Of a DNA stretch of 47,008 bases, positions 36,270 through 44,736 are shown in pieces. The first letter of the stretch is position 1; each line of letters opens with the position of its first letter. The notes below the pieces were generated by a model, which was not told the origin of the DNA, searched no databases, and saw only the letters and a list, made by a program, of their open reading frames with translations. The position numbers were made by a program, and so were the translations under genes. The stretch spans positions 1 to 47,008 of IMG/VR virus record IMGVR_UViG_3300048575_000432; one strand, 5' to 3'. The DNA is from a virus (lineage: Duplodnaviria > Caudoviricetes).

Positions 36270-37418
36270 TCATTCCCGCTGCTGCCGGCGGCCGTTCGGG
36301 CACCACTCGTAGCCGTGCCGTTCCAGGGTTCGCTTGAACCGCGAGCACAACAGCCGGGCGGCGTCTTCGAGTTTCCCGCAATCCCGCATGATGCCGAGCT
36401 GCCGGAGGTCCTCGTCGACTTCGTCGATCGGGATTGGCTCGGGATTCCCGAAGACGGCCAGGTAGGCCACCGTGTCCGCCGCCCATTGGCCGGGCGCGTC
36501 GAGCTCGCGGCATTCGGCGAGAATCCGAGCTCGCAAGGTGCGGTACATCCGCGATGGATCGGCGTGCTCGACCAGCAAGGCCTCGACCGCGGCCGACACC
36601 GCGCTGCCGATCGGCGCCGGCCCCTGCGCGCTGGGAGCGTCTTTGGTGGCGCAAGCTTGGTTTGGATTGGATTGGGAACTTGGTAAAAGACTCTTTGGTT
36701 CTTTGGTATTGGGATTGGTGGGGATACCCGGAGGACCGCTCCCCAATCTCCGGGTGGCGCGGCGGAGGCGTTCCACGAGACTCAGCTCGCCCGTTTCGGG
36801 GGCCGACGTCAAATCGTGCGCACTTTTTTGTACAAAATCTGACGCCTCGCCCTGCGTCGTGGGAGGTCTCGTCGTTTCGGACGAGGGGGCAGGCGTCATT
36901 TTTTGCGCACTATTTTGCACCAAATCTGACGCCGGCTCTCCTTGTCCAGGACCGGGCGTCATTTTTTGTACAAAATTTGACGCCTCCTCTTCGTCACCGC
37001 CGACCAAGCCGAGCTGGGGCGGGCCGGCCTCCTCGTCCCGATACTTGTTAAAGAGCGGCCGGTCCTCGTCCTCGGGCCGGATCACGCACTGCCGGCCAAG
37101 GTCCTCCGGATCGGCCAGCTCGAAGACGGTCACGCCGTTGGTCGGCTTCTGGCGGCGACGGACCAGGCCGGTCTCCACTAGGCCTTCGATCCACCGCTGC
37201 ACGGTCCGTTCGTTCTCGCCGATCGCGGCCGCGATCTCCACCGTGCTCTTGTCGACGATCGCCGGCAGCGTGTCGCCGATCCGCAGGTCGGCCATCCGCA
37301 AGAAGAGCAGCTTGTGGTAAGACTTCAGCACCGGATGATTCCAGATTCCCCGGCAGAGGAAACACGTATCCAGCCGGCCCTGGTGCTCACTTGGTTGTCG
37401 TTCTTGTCTGGCTTCCAT
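36270..37418 (-). CDS. putative replication initiator (N-terminal winged HTH, internal iterons)
   Basis: EIAAAIGENERTVQRWIEGLVETGLV; repeats ASxFVQK in the linker. Confidence 0.7.
   Translation of the reverse strand: MEARQERQPSEHQGRLDTCFLCRGIWNHPVLKSYHKLLFLRMADLRIGDTLPAIVDKSTVEIAAAIGENERTVQRWIEGLVETGLVRRRQKPTNGVTVFELADPEDLGRQCVIRPEDEDRPLFNKYRDEEAGPPQLGLVGGDEEEASNFVQKMTPGPGQGEPASDLVQNSAQKMTPAPSSETTRPPTTQGEASDFVQKSAHDLTSAPETGELSLVERLRRATRRLGSGPPGIPTNPNTKEPKSLLPSSQSNPNQACATKDAPSAQGPAPIGSAVSAAVEALLVEHADPSRMYRTLRARILAECRELDAPGQWAADTVAYLAVFGNPEPIPIDEVDEDLRQLGIMRDCGKLEDAARLLCSRFKRTLERHGYEWCPNGRRQQRE
36660..36984. repeat. putative replication origin: three palindromic iterons plus AT-rich TTGG-repeat tract
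   Basis: g(g/a)cgtca...tgacgcc units at 36805-36846, 36892-36933, 36955-36984; AT-rich tract 36660-36720. Confidence 0.7.
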
Positions 37419-37458
37419 CCCGAATCCCTTCCATCAATCCCTGGCCTTTCGGCCTGCC

Positions 37459-37668
37459 TCAGCCGCCCGCCAAGCCCTCCAGCAGCGCACGCCGCTCTGC
37501 GTCGAGCTTCGCGAGGTCGATTCCCCTGTCCCCGCAAAGGACCACCAGCGGCTTGCGTGTCAAATTCCAAGTCAGGAAGCCCCGCTGCTCCAGATCCTCG
37601 ATCGCTCCGCAGATTTCGGTGATCTCCTGGCCGTGTTCAGCCCAGAGTTCCAGTTGCTCACGACTCAT
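37459..37668 (-). CDS. hypothetical protein
   Basis: MSREQLELW, ATGA overlap, AGGAG upstream. Confidence 0.55.
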   Translation of the reverse strand: MSREQLELWAEHGQEITEICGAIEDLEQRGFLTWNLTRKPLVVLCGDRGIDLAKLDAERRALLEGLAGG

Positions 37669-37925
37669 ACGGTCGCTCCTTCCTTTTCGTGCTGTCGTGC
37701 CTTCGTGATCCTTCTCCTCTTCTTCTCCGGCTGCCGCTGCCTGGCCCGCTCGATCACGGCCTCGATCCGGCCGACGAGCTCCACGCAATCCTGGCGGACC
37801 GTCTCCAGGTCCTCGCGGATCCCGAAGATCTCACGCGGGTCCTGGCCTGGCTGCCGGGCGAGCTCGGCCACCAGGAGGCCGAGGGCCAGATAGTCCGCGT
37901 TGAACTGATCACGTAATTCCCCCAT
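37665..37925 (-). CDS. hypothetical coiled-coil protein
   Basis: MGELRDQF, starts right after the sigma stop. Confidence 0.5.
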   Translation of the reverse strand: MGELRDQFNADYLALGLLVAELARQPGQDPREIFGIREDLETVRQDCVELVGRIEAVIERARQRQPEKKRRRITKARQHEKEGATV

Positions 37926-37926
37926 G

Positions 37927-38769
37927 TCACTGCTCCACCGCGGTGTCAGACTTGCTCCGCTCCTCGCGCAGGTGCTCCAGGATGCCGGCCAATCGAATCG
38001 AGACGGCCGATTCACAGACGCCGAGGATACCGCCGATTGCTCCCATGGTCTGGTCCTTGAAAAAGTAGAGGTACAAGATCACCTGCTCCTCGATGTCCAG
38101 ATCGCGCGTGATCCGCTCGAATACGCGACGGCCGACGGTGCGCCGGGCCCGGTCGGAGTGGAACGCGGACGCGACGTCCAACTCGAAGCTGTCGCCTTGC
38201 CGCAAATACCGGGTGAGCGACTCGATCTGAATGCGCCGGCTCCGGCTCACCTTTTCATGGGTCCAGCCCAATTCTTCGAGAAGCTCTTGCTCCGTGGGCT
38301 GGCGTCCGAGAGTTTGGCTGAGCCTCGCCTCGGCGCCCTCGCGCTCGCCGATCCGATCGCGCCAGCCGCGGCCGCCAGGGGTTGCGGCCCTCATCGCATC
38401 AGTCACCGTGCCGCGGATCCGCTTTTCGGCGAAGGTCCAGAAATTCACCTCCCGCCACGGCTCGAATCGTTCGACGAGCTTGATTAACTCCTCGTGGACG
38501 AGCGATTGAAGATCCTCGAATGGAATCGAGCACGGTTTCTCCCGCCAGATCTTGCCCAACAGCCAGTTGGCCCGTCGCAGGTAACGCACCACAAGCCGGT
38601 TTCTGGCCTCGACGCTTCGCTCCCGATTGAATTCGATCCACAGCCGGTCGTTTAGGTCCGCGCGATTCGGCCCTCCGCCAGCCATCGGCGATGAAGCCAC
38701 GGCCGTCTGCCCCTTGGCCTCCGGCCTCGGCGGCCGCCGCATTCCCCGTTGCGTTCCCTTCCTTGCCAT
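37927..38769 (-). CDS. FliA/WhiG-like (sigma-28 group) sigma factor
   Basis: EARNRLVVRYL, ERFEP...NFWTFAEKRIRG..DAMR, LGRQPTEQEL, LYFFKDQTMGAIGGILGVCESAVS. Confidence 0.85.
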   Translation of the reverse strand: MARKGTQRGMRRPPRPEAKGQTAVASSPMAGGGPNRADLNDRLWIEFNRERSVEARNRLVVRYLRRANWLLGKIWREKPCSIPFEDLQSLVHEELIKLVERFEPWREVNFWTFAEKRIRGTVTDAMRAATPGGRGWRDRIGEREGAEARLSQTLGRQPTEQELLEELGWTHEKVSRSRRIQIESLTRYLRQGDSFELDVASAFHSDRARRTVGRRVFERITRDLDIEEQVILYLYFFKDQTMGAIGGILGVCESAVSIRLAGILEHLREERSKSDTAVEQ

Positions 38770-38798
38770 TGCCCGTTCCTTGCTTGGGATTCCTAGCG

Positions 38799-39107
38799 TT
38801 AGCGATCCATCGCGACCGGCTGCCGGCGATGACGGCCCCGCCGCGGCCGGTAGCGATCATCAAGGACCTCGTCGAGCGCCGGCAGCAGGAGCTTGGCGTC
38901 GACGCGGAGGTCGATCAGTTTCGCGCGGAGCTGCGTGATTAGCTTCGCGTAGCGGTCGCCCAGGAGGAGATCGAGTTCCTTCAAAAACGTCTCGCAGGCG
39001 GCCAGCGTGCCGTCGACTTCGAACCGGTACCGCGCGCCGCCGGCGCGGATCCGCCGCGCGAGCTGCTCGCGCCGGCAGGCCTCGTCGAGCGTGGTGATGC
39101 GAATCAT
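38799..39107 (-). CDS. hypothetical protein
   Basis: MIRITTLDE, GAGGG upstream. Confidence 0.5.
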   Translation of the reverse strand: MIRITTLDEACRREQLARRIRAGGARYRFEVDGTLAACETFLKELDLLLGDRYAKLITQLRAKLIDLRVDAKLLLPALDEVLDDRYRPRRGRHRRQPVAMDR

Positions 39108-39153
39108 GGGTTGCCCTCGGGTGGATGGGGGAAAGGAGTTAGGAGCTAGGAAG

Positions 39154-39525
39154 TTAGGAGTTAGAAGATCGCCCCACGCAGGCGGCGGCGGGTGGCTCGG
39201 CGGCGGCCTCCGCTTCAGCGAACGCGAAGACGTGAAGCGTTTGCCCTTCATGCTCGACGGCCACCGGGTTGAGCCGGAACAGGCCACCGCCAGCGTAGTT
39301 GCATGGCCGCTTGCCCGACCCCATCTCGTTGGATGGGCCTTCGGTCCAACGGCCGATGCAGCTAAACGCGATGACCGTACGGATCTCCTCCCGCTTGAGC
39401 TTCGTCTTCTCCTCAAAGTCGCGGATCGACTGCACCTCGCCGCAGACCGGACAGACAAACTTCCAGTCCCTTACGTCGCCGCCGAATCGGCGTTCCCCTT
39501 CCGCGAGCCACTCGTCGTGTGTCAT
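39154..39525 (-). CDS. VVA0879-like phage protein
   Basis: EGERRFG.D..DWKFVCPVCG.VQS..DF, CIGR, CNYAGGGLF. Confidence 0.7.
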   Translation of the reverse strand: MTHDEWLAEGERRFGGDVRDWKFVCPVCGEVQSIRDFEEKTKLKREEIRTVIAFSCIGRWTEGPSNEMGSGKRPCNYAGGGLFRLNPVAVEHEGQTLHVFAFAEAEAAAEPPAAACVGRSSNS

Positions 39526-40046
39526 CGTTCAATCTCCCAGACATGCGTCAGGTACCATCGCCCGTCGTTATTAGGCACGGAGTGCTTCAGGATCCACGGA
39601 ACCAGGCATTGCTGCCAAGTCTCCTGGGTAATCCATCCTCCGGCCGAGAGCGCGTTGACGTCGAAGATCTCGAAGTTTCGTCCAATCCATCGCGAGGCGA
39701 CCCAATGGGTTTGACGATACCTCGCTTGGATCGGAATCCCTCGGCCAAGCCACGGGCCGGACCACTGGACTCGGCAGAGGCCATAGTCGGCGAAGGTGGC
39801 TTGGCTGGCGCTGAACCACTTCACGCAGAGCGACGCGAGCGCCTGCTTCATCATCGTTGGGTTGGTGTACCGCTTCGTTTCAAACTGGCCGAGGTGCGAC
39901 CGGACCTCGGCGAGCGTCAAGCCGAGGATCGCCGCCAGCGCCGTCGGCCCGCAATTACAGCCCCACTCGGCGTTTGCTCGCCGGAGATCCTCCGCATTGA
40001 ACCGCAGCGGCTCCAGCGCCGCCACATCCTTCAGCGTCCTACTCAT
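39522..40046 (-). CDS. C39-like cysteine peptidase domain protein
   Basis: NCGPTALAA (Cys), THWVA (His), IFDVN (Asp). Confidence 0.5.
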   Translation of the reverse strand: MSRTLKDVAALEPLRFNAEDLRRANAEWGCNCGPTALAAILGLTLAEVRSHLGQFETKRYTNPTMMKQALASLCVKWFSASQATFADYGLCRVQWSGPWLGRGIPIQARYRQTHWVASRWIGRNFEIFDVNALSAGGWITQETWQQCLVPWILKHSVPNNDGRWYLTHVWEIER

Positions 40047-40260
40047 CGGCGGCCTCCTGTTGGTCAGACTGACCAGTCCCGTAGCGTTCAGGATCGAGCG
40101 GAGGCTGCCCGAGGGACGCTCGAATGCCGTTCGCCTCGCGAACCAGCAGGTTCCCATATTCGACCGTGCAGAAGCGTCCGAAGTCGGGATCGTTCAGGGT
40201 GGCCATGATCTCCGATAGCCGTGCCTCTTGTTGTCGCGTCATCTCTTTCGCGTCACACAT
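40039..40260 (-). CDS. hypothetical protein
   Basis: 73 aa, AAGGA upstream, overlaps the next start. Confidence 0.45.
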   Translation of the reverse strand: MCDAKEMTRQQEARLSEIMATLNDPDFGRFCTVEYGNLLVREANGIRASLGQPPLDPERYGTGQSDQQEAADE

Positions 40261-40297
40261 CGCATGGTTCCTTAATGGTGTTGGGAAATGATCCGAT

Positions 40298-40594
40298 TCA
40301 CGCCCCTGGCCTAGGCAAGAGCCGACGCTGGGGAGTTGGCAACGCAACGGAGAATCCGCCCTCCTCCTCGCCCCTGCGCCTCCGCGGGGCCGGTTCCCGG
40401 AGGTGGACCTGGTCATCGGGTACCACCTCCACGGTGATCCCCTCGCCCGTGATGTCTGACCGGAAGTAGTGCGGCACGTGGCCGAGATACTCGCATTCGA
40501 CGAAGGCACCGCGGGAAAGGGTGTCGAGGATGGCCTGCACGCCCTTGCCGTTTTTCAGGGCGATCCGCATGAAGCCGATGGTGATGATGTACAT
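40298..40594 (-). CDS. hypothetical protein
   Basis: 98 aa, AAGGAG upstream. Confidence 0.55.
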   Translation of the reverse strand: MYIITIGFMRIALKNGKGVQAILDTLSRGAFVECEYLGHVPHYFRSDITGEGITVEVVPDDQVHLREPAPRRRRGEEEGGFSVALPTPQRRLLPRPGA

Positions 40595-40604
40595 GGCGGC
40601 TCCT

Positions 40605-41081
40605 TCAGGCAGTCGGGGCCGATGCGGATGTCGGGGGCGTCTGCCGGAGTCTGAGATACTCGACGACGCTGGCCAGGTTCTCAGCCGCGGCCAGGGCCAA
40701 GTCGCGGGCCGACTCGGCGTAGGCGATCGTGGATAGCGGATCGAGGCAAGTGGCTACCGCGATGGTGGCGAGGCCTTCGCTGAACATCTGGCGGGCTGCC
40801 GTGAGGTCGTCGCGGTTCCTCGTGGGGTCGGGGCCGCTTCGGCGACGGTTCGAAGTCTCCTGGATCTCCGGGCGTCCCGGCCCGCTGGGCAATTGCATAT
40901 TGGCCACCTGGGCGAGCCAATTGGCCCAGATTCGTGGATTGATCGACGGCTCATCGGTCACCATCTCGCACACGGCCTGGTTGTCAGCCGTGCGGAGCCA
41001 GATCCGATAGCCGTAGAGGCCCGTGTAAACATGGAGGGGAAGGCGATCGCGGGGGGAGGATTGCAGACGCTCGTTGGACAT
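40605..41081 (-). CDS. hypothetical protein
   Basis: 158 aa, GGAG upstream. Confidence 0.5.
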   Translation of the reverse strand: MSNERLQSSPRDRLPLHVYTGLYGYRIWLRTADNQAVCEMVTDEPSINPRIWANWLAQVANMQLPSGPGRPEIQETSNRRRSGPDPTRNRDDLTAARQMFSEGLATIAVATCLDPLSTIAYAESARDLALAAAENLASVVEYLRLRQTPPTSASAPTA

Positions 41082-41129
41082 GACGTTGCTCCGTAAAGGT
41101 TGGGGCAGGAAGAAAACAAGAGGCCCCTG

Positions 41130-41387
41130 CTATGAGGCGGCTTGGGCGGGTTGGGTTTCGATCGCTTTGACGCGAGTCAGAAGGTAACAGCCGCTGATGC
41201 CCTCCAAGAAGATCACGGGCGTGTGGCCGGAGAGCATCATGGCCCTGGTCCGGGTCGTCGTCTCGACGGAAGAGCCATCGTCCTTGGTGACGCGGACCCG
41301 CGTCCCGACGCGATGTGCCGCGTTCCACTGCTCGACGTAGGTCTCGAATCGCTTGGTCCGCTCCTTCTGTTGCTTGGCGCTTAGCAT
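41130..41387 (-). CDS. phage hypothetical protein
   Basis: WNAAHRVGTRVRV...TTTRTRAMMLSGHTPVIFLEGISGCY. Confidence 0.55.
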   Translation of the reverse strand: MLSAKQQKERTKRFETYVEQWNAAHRVGTRVRVTKDDGSSVETTTRTRAMMLSGHTPVIFLEGISGCYLLTRVKAIETQPAQAAS

Positions 41388-41430
41388 GGTGATTTCTCGC
41401 GAAATGGGTGGTGATGAACGGGGGCACGAT

Positions 41431-41793
41431 TCACGGGGCAGAGGTTTCCGTGACTGGCGGCGGCTCGCTGACTCGCTGACATTGGGCCTGGCTGAACTCC
41501 AGCAGCCCAAGGGCGGCATGCACCGTCGCCCGCAGATCGGGCGGCAGTCCGCTGTCAACATCGCCGCGGCTGGCGCGATCCCATTCGAGGATCGCCTCCA
41601 GGGCGACCTTCATCACCGGCCCTGCAGCCAGCACAGGGCCGAGCTCCGGATCGCCTGGAAGGGTCATCATCGCCACCGTGTTACCGTGGCGGTGGATCCG
41701 GCCGTGAATGAATGACAACCTGGCGGATGGTGGCTCATACTCCAGCAACGCCTTGGCCATCGCATGCAGGACTTCGGGACGCATGGTATCCAT
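41431..41793 (-). CDS. hypothetical protein
   Basis: 120 aa, AAGGAGG upstream. Confidence 0.55.
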   Translation of the reverse strand: MDTMRPEVLHAMAKALLEYEPPSARLSFIHGRIHRHGNTVAMMTLPGDPELGPVLAAGPVMKVALEAILEWDRASRGDVDSGLPPDLRATVHAALGLLEFSQAQCQRVSEPPPVTETSAP

Positions 41794-41906
41794 AGGGGCC
41801 TCCTTCTGATTGAGAAACGATCACGAAAACGCGAAAACACGAAAGGGACCGCGGCCGGGGCCGGGGCTCGGGCTGAGGACGAGCCCCGGCGCCCGGGCCG
41901 CGGGTG

Positions 41907-42200
41907 TCACCCGGAAACAAGGGAAGGGTCGGGAGGGGAGAGGGGAGAGTTGGGCCCGGGCGCGTCGTCTCCGGCCTCGTTGCAGGCGATCGCCGCGTTG
42001 GCCCACATGACGGACTCTTGGAGCTTCGTCAGGGCTACCGACAATTCCCGCGATTGGGGGCAGTTGGTGATGAAGGTTCCCGCGAGGTGCTGGGCACAAG
42101 CGCGGATCCGCTCGTAGCGTTCGACTTGGTCCGTCCTCGGCGGATGATAGGTGAACGCCCTTTGGACTTGGTCTGACTGCGATGGGGTAGGTGTGTACAT
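41907..42200 (-). CDS. Acb2/Tad1-like anti-defence (immune-signal sponge) protein
   Basis: FTYHPP...Q..RYERIR...CPQSRELSVALTKLQESVMWANAAIA; AAGGAGG upstream. Confidence 0.75.
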   Translation of the reverse strand: MYTPTPSQSDQVQRAFTYHPPRTDQVERYERIRACAQHLAGTFITNCPQSRELSVALTKLQESVMWANAAIACNEAGDDAPGPNSPLSPPDPSLVSG

Positions 42201-42321
42201 TGGAGCCTCCTTGGTGGGAAGAAAATTCACGCACGGCGGACCGCCGCTTGATGACACTTCGCGCGGCCCGCCGTGCGCTACCAGAAACCCTCAGGGAAAA
42301 GACGATGTGCAACATGACTGC

Positions 42322-42714
42322 TCAATTCACATGAACGGTGGTGATCCGGTCGAGGCTGAGGCGGACCGCGACGGCGGGGACGAATGTCCCGGGGACAAGG
42401 CTGATGACCATGCGGAATCCAGGCTCAAAGCCGGGCTTGATCAGCTTGCGGACCATGTGGCGATGGGCCAACTCGGCCAGGCGGCGATTGAAGTACTTCA
42501 GCGGCGAGCCGAGCTGCCCGGCGCGGCGCAGGTGCTCGATCTCGATGAGCACGCGGCAGAGTTCCTCCAGCGGCATGCCGTCGTCGAGCAGGGCCGTCGC
42601 CTTGCAGACCGTGCTGCAGGACAACGCCGGATCGGCCACGTAGCGTTGGATCCGCTCGGCGATCTTCTCGCCTCGCGACGTCAGGAAAAAGACAGCGTTC
42701 ATGTAGTGCTCCAT
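42322..42714 (-). CDS. hypothetical protein
   Basis: 130-aa ORF in operon orientation. Confidence 0.45.
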   Translation of the reverse strand: MEHYMNAVFFLTSRGEKIAERIQRYVADPALSCSTVCKATALLDDGMPLEELCRVLIEIEHLRRAGQLGSPLKYFNRRLAELAHRHMVRKLIKPGFEPGFRMVISLVPGTFVPAVAVRLSLDRITTVHVN

Positions 42715-42835
42715 GCGCGTGGATTGAGACAGATTGGCCGCAGGGGAAGAAACGGAGAGGTCCGAAGAAAATCGGCGCGGCCGGATCTGTTACCGGAAGC
42801 CATGGCTCCAGAGTCCGCACCGCGCCGAGTTGTAA

Positions 42836-44134
42836 TCAGAAGAATCGCTGTTGCCCTGTCTCGTCGGTCTTGCGAAAGCCCGGACGGGCGACGATCAGCT
42901 CGGGCAACATGGAAAAGGCCTTTTTGGCCAGGGTCTTTTTGCGGGCATAGTGCGCGGCCGTGGTCTTGGAACTGCGATGTCCCAACGCGTGCTGCGCATA
43001 TTCGAGGCCGATCTCGGTCAGTGCGTCGCCGGTGCACTTGCGCACCCCATGGAAGCCGAACCGGCGTTCCGGCGGGATCCCGGAATCCGCCAGGAGCTTC
43101 CGTCGTACGACGTCGAGGTGCTGACGGTGATAGGGCCATGGGAAGATCAGATCGCGGCCGGGGCGACGTATGGCCTCGATCGCCTCGCGGGCCGGCGGGC
43201 TTAGCCAGATCTTCTGAGCGCGCCGGCCTTTCATGATCTCCTTGGGAGCATCCAAGAGGTCGTCTCGGATCATTGAGTAGCGGATCTGCAATGCGGCCCC
43301 GATCCTGAGCCCCGTGTAGTAGAGCACGCGCACGAGAGAATCCCACCACAGCCACGGCGGCACGCCCGCAATCACCGGCGTGCGGGCATGCACGCAGCCT
43401 TCGAGCCACTGAGTCACCTCGGCGGGCGTGAAGATCCGTTCCTCTAGATCTTCCTCGATCGCCGGCGGGTCGAGCCAAGGTAGATGGAGAATCCGGCCGG
43501 TTTGCGGGTGCCTTCGCGGCATGCCCGTCTCGGGATCCGCGTAGAGATCCGCGGCCCACTTGAGCTTTTTGGAGGCCGGTCCGGCCCAATACAAGAGGTG
43601 CTGAAGCTCGATACAGTGCTTTCGGACCGTAGCCACCGAGACCTCCGGCGCCTCGCGATGGCCATGTCGCGCGAGCAGTTCCTCTCGTTGCCCGGGCAAG
43701 AGCGGCTCGGGAACCATCTGCCAATACCCGGAGACCTCCTTGCGTTTGGGTTTCAAAAAGCCGGCCGCTTCGATGAAGCGATAGACGTGTTTCGCGCCAG
43801 ATCCAAGCCGCCCCGGCATTGCCAACAGCCCGGCGACGAACCGCGCGCAGACGTCCTGATCGATGTCCCAAAACGGCGGATCGCCGGTCAGCTTGGCCCA
43901 ATAGTCGAGCGACCCTTCGATCTGTTCGAGGTTGCGGTTCGCTCCCCCGGTCGTTCGAGACCGCGCGAGCATCTTGGGACGGACGTATCCAGTGAAGAAT
44001 TCCGTCAGCGTCAGGTCCAGGGAAAGGCCGTCCGGGCGCGACGGCTCGGTGCGGACCTCGTCTGAATCGGGATGAAAGACGCGAAAACGCCCTGTAAGAC
44101 TGGCGACAGACGGAGAAGCAACGGACGATGACAT
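42836..44134 (-). CDS. tyrosine recombinase/integrase
   Basis: catalytic set YTGLRIG (R), MKG (K), FHGVRK (HxxR), ALGH (H), TAAHY (Y); AGGGGAG upstream. Confidence 0.9.
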   Translation of the reverse strand: MSSSVASPSVASLTGRFRVFHPDSDEVRTEPSRPDGLSLDLTLTEFFTGYVRPKMLARSRTTGGANRNLEQIEGSLDYWAKLTGDPPFWDIDQDVCARFVAGLLAMPGRLGSGAKHVYRFIEAAGFLKPKRKEVSGYWQMVPEPLLPGQREELLARHGHREAPEVSVATVRKHCIELQHLLYWAGPASKKLKWAADLYADPETGMPRRHPQTGRILHLPWLDPPAIEEDLEERIFTPAEVTQWLEGCVHARTPVIAGVPPWLWWDSLVRVLYYTGLRIGAALQIRYSMIRDDLLDAPKEIMKGRRAQKIWLSPPAREAIEAIRRPGRDLIFPWPYHRQHLDVVRRKLLADSGIPPERRFGFHGVRKCTGDALTEIGLEYAQHALGHRSSKTTAAHYARKKTLAKKAFSMLPELIVARPGFRKTDETGQQRFF

Positions 44135-44639
44135 GACTCCCCTTTCGACACAAACAAGCGAGAGCCTCCTTGCACCTTGAAACTGCTACCCGGACTCCCA
44201 CGGGTTCGCCCCACGGCGAAACATTAGAAACCCTAGGTTCCACGGGCGCGGACAAGACACAATGGGCCCATCGCCGAGCCAGCCGAAGCGGCCACCAGCG
44301 GAGCCAAACAGAGCAAGCAGCGACCATTATGCCGATCGCATCGGCTAGAATGCCAAGGAGGCAGTCGAGGGATTGCACCATGCAAGACTCCCTTCACGCG
44401 CAGCATGAGCACCCGGCCAGGCCTCGGCGCAGTCCATGAGCCGAGGCCTAACCGGCGTGCAACAAGCAAGGGAACTGACTTGGGGGAGGCCGGACATGAG
44501 CGGTTTCCCAATCACTCCGACCGTGTTTCCAGCGATCGCGGCCGCCCAAGCCAGGATCAGAAAGCCCGGCGGTCAAGCCGAGCGAAAATCCTGAGCGAGA
44601 GGTCGAGGTCGGGAAACCTATATGTCAAACTCGACGACC

Positions 44640-44667
44640 AATGTACCGCGCGTGCTAGCGTTGTCAA
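44640..44667 (-). promoter_or_regulatory. sigma-70-type promoter facing the recombinase/early operon
   Basis: TTGACA-16 nt-TACATT on the minus strand. Confidence 0.5.
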
Positions 44668-44736
44668 CACCAGCAAGCAAGAAGATCGCGAAGAGGCGGC
44701 GCAAGTAGCAATCGGAAGGGAGGTTAGATTGCCTGA

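Larger units (their letters stand above)
5356..39166. repeat. intergenic heptamer tandem arrays of several families
   Basis: TCAGCTY 5356-5397; AATGMWG 7604-7638, 12169-12203 (inverted partner 12236-12267), 15485-15519, 31208-31240; GTAGGCA 11196-11245; GTCCTTM 11732-11759; AGGAGYT 30762-30786, 39134-39166. Confidence 0.8.
3247..41405. promoter_or_regulatory. eight dispersed ATTTC-N4-GAAAT palindromes (NBS/parS-like)
   Basis: 14-bp copies start at 3247, 7648, 15528, 21400, 24529, 31164, 35623, 41392. Confidence 0.8.

Noticed and set aside
30762-39166. AGGAGYT arrays as CsrB-like sponges for the phage CsrA
   Set aside because: The GGA motifs are antisense to the operon, short, not in hairpin loops, and have no evident + strand promoter.
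42836-44134. Recombinase as the IntI of the cassette array
   Set aside because: It is 41 kb away inside the prophage, and I could not recognise the IntI-specific insertion.
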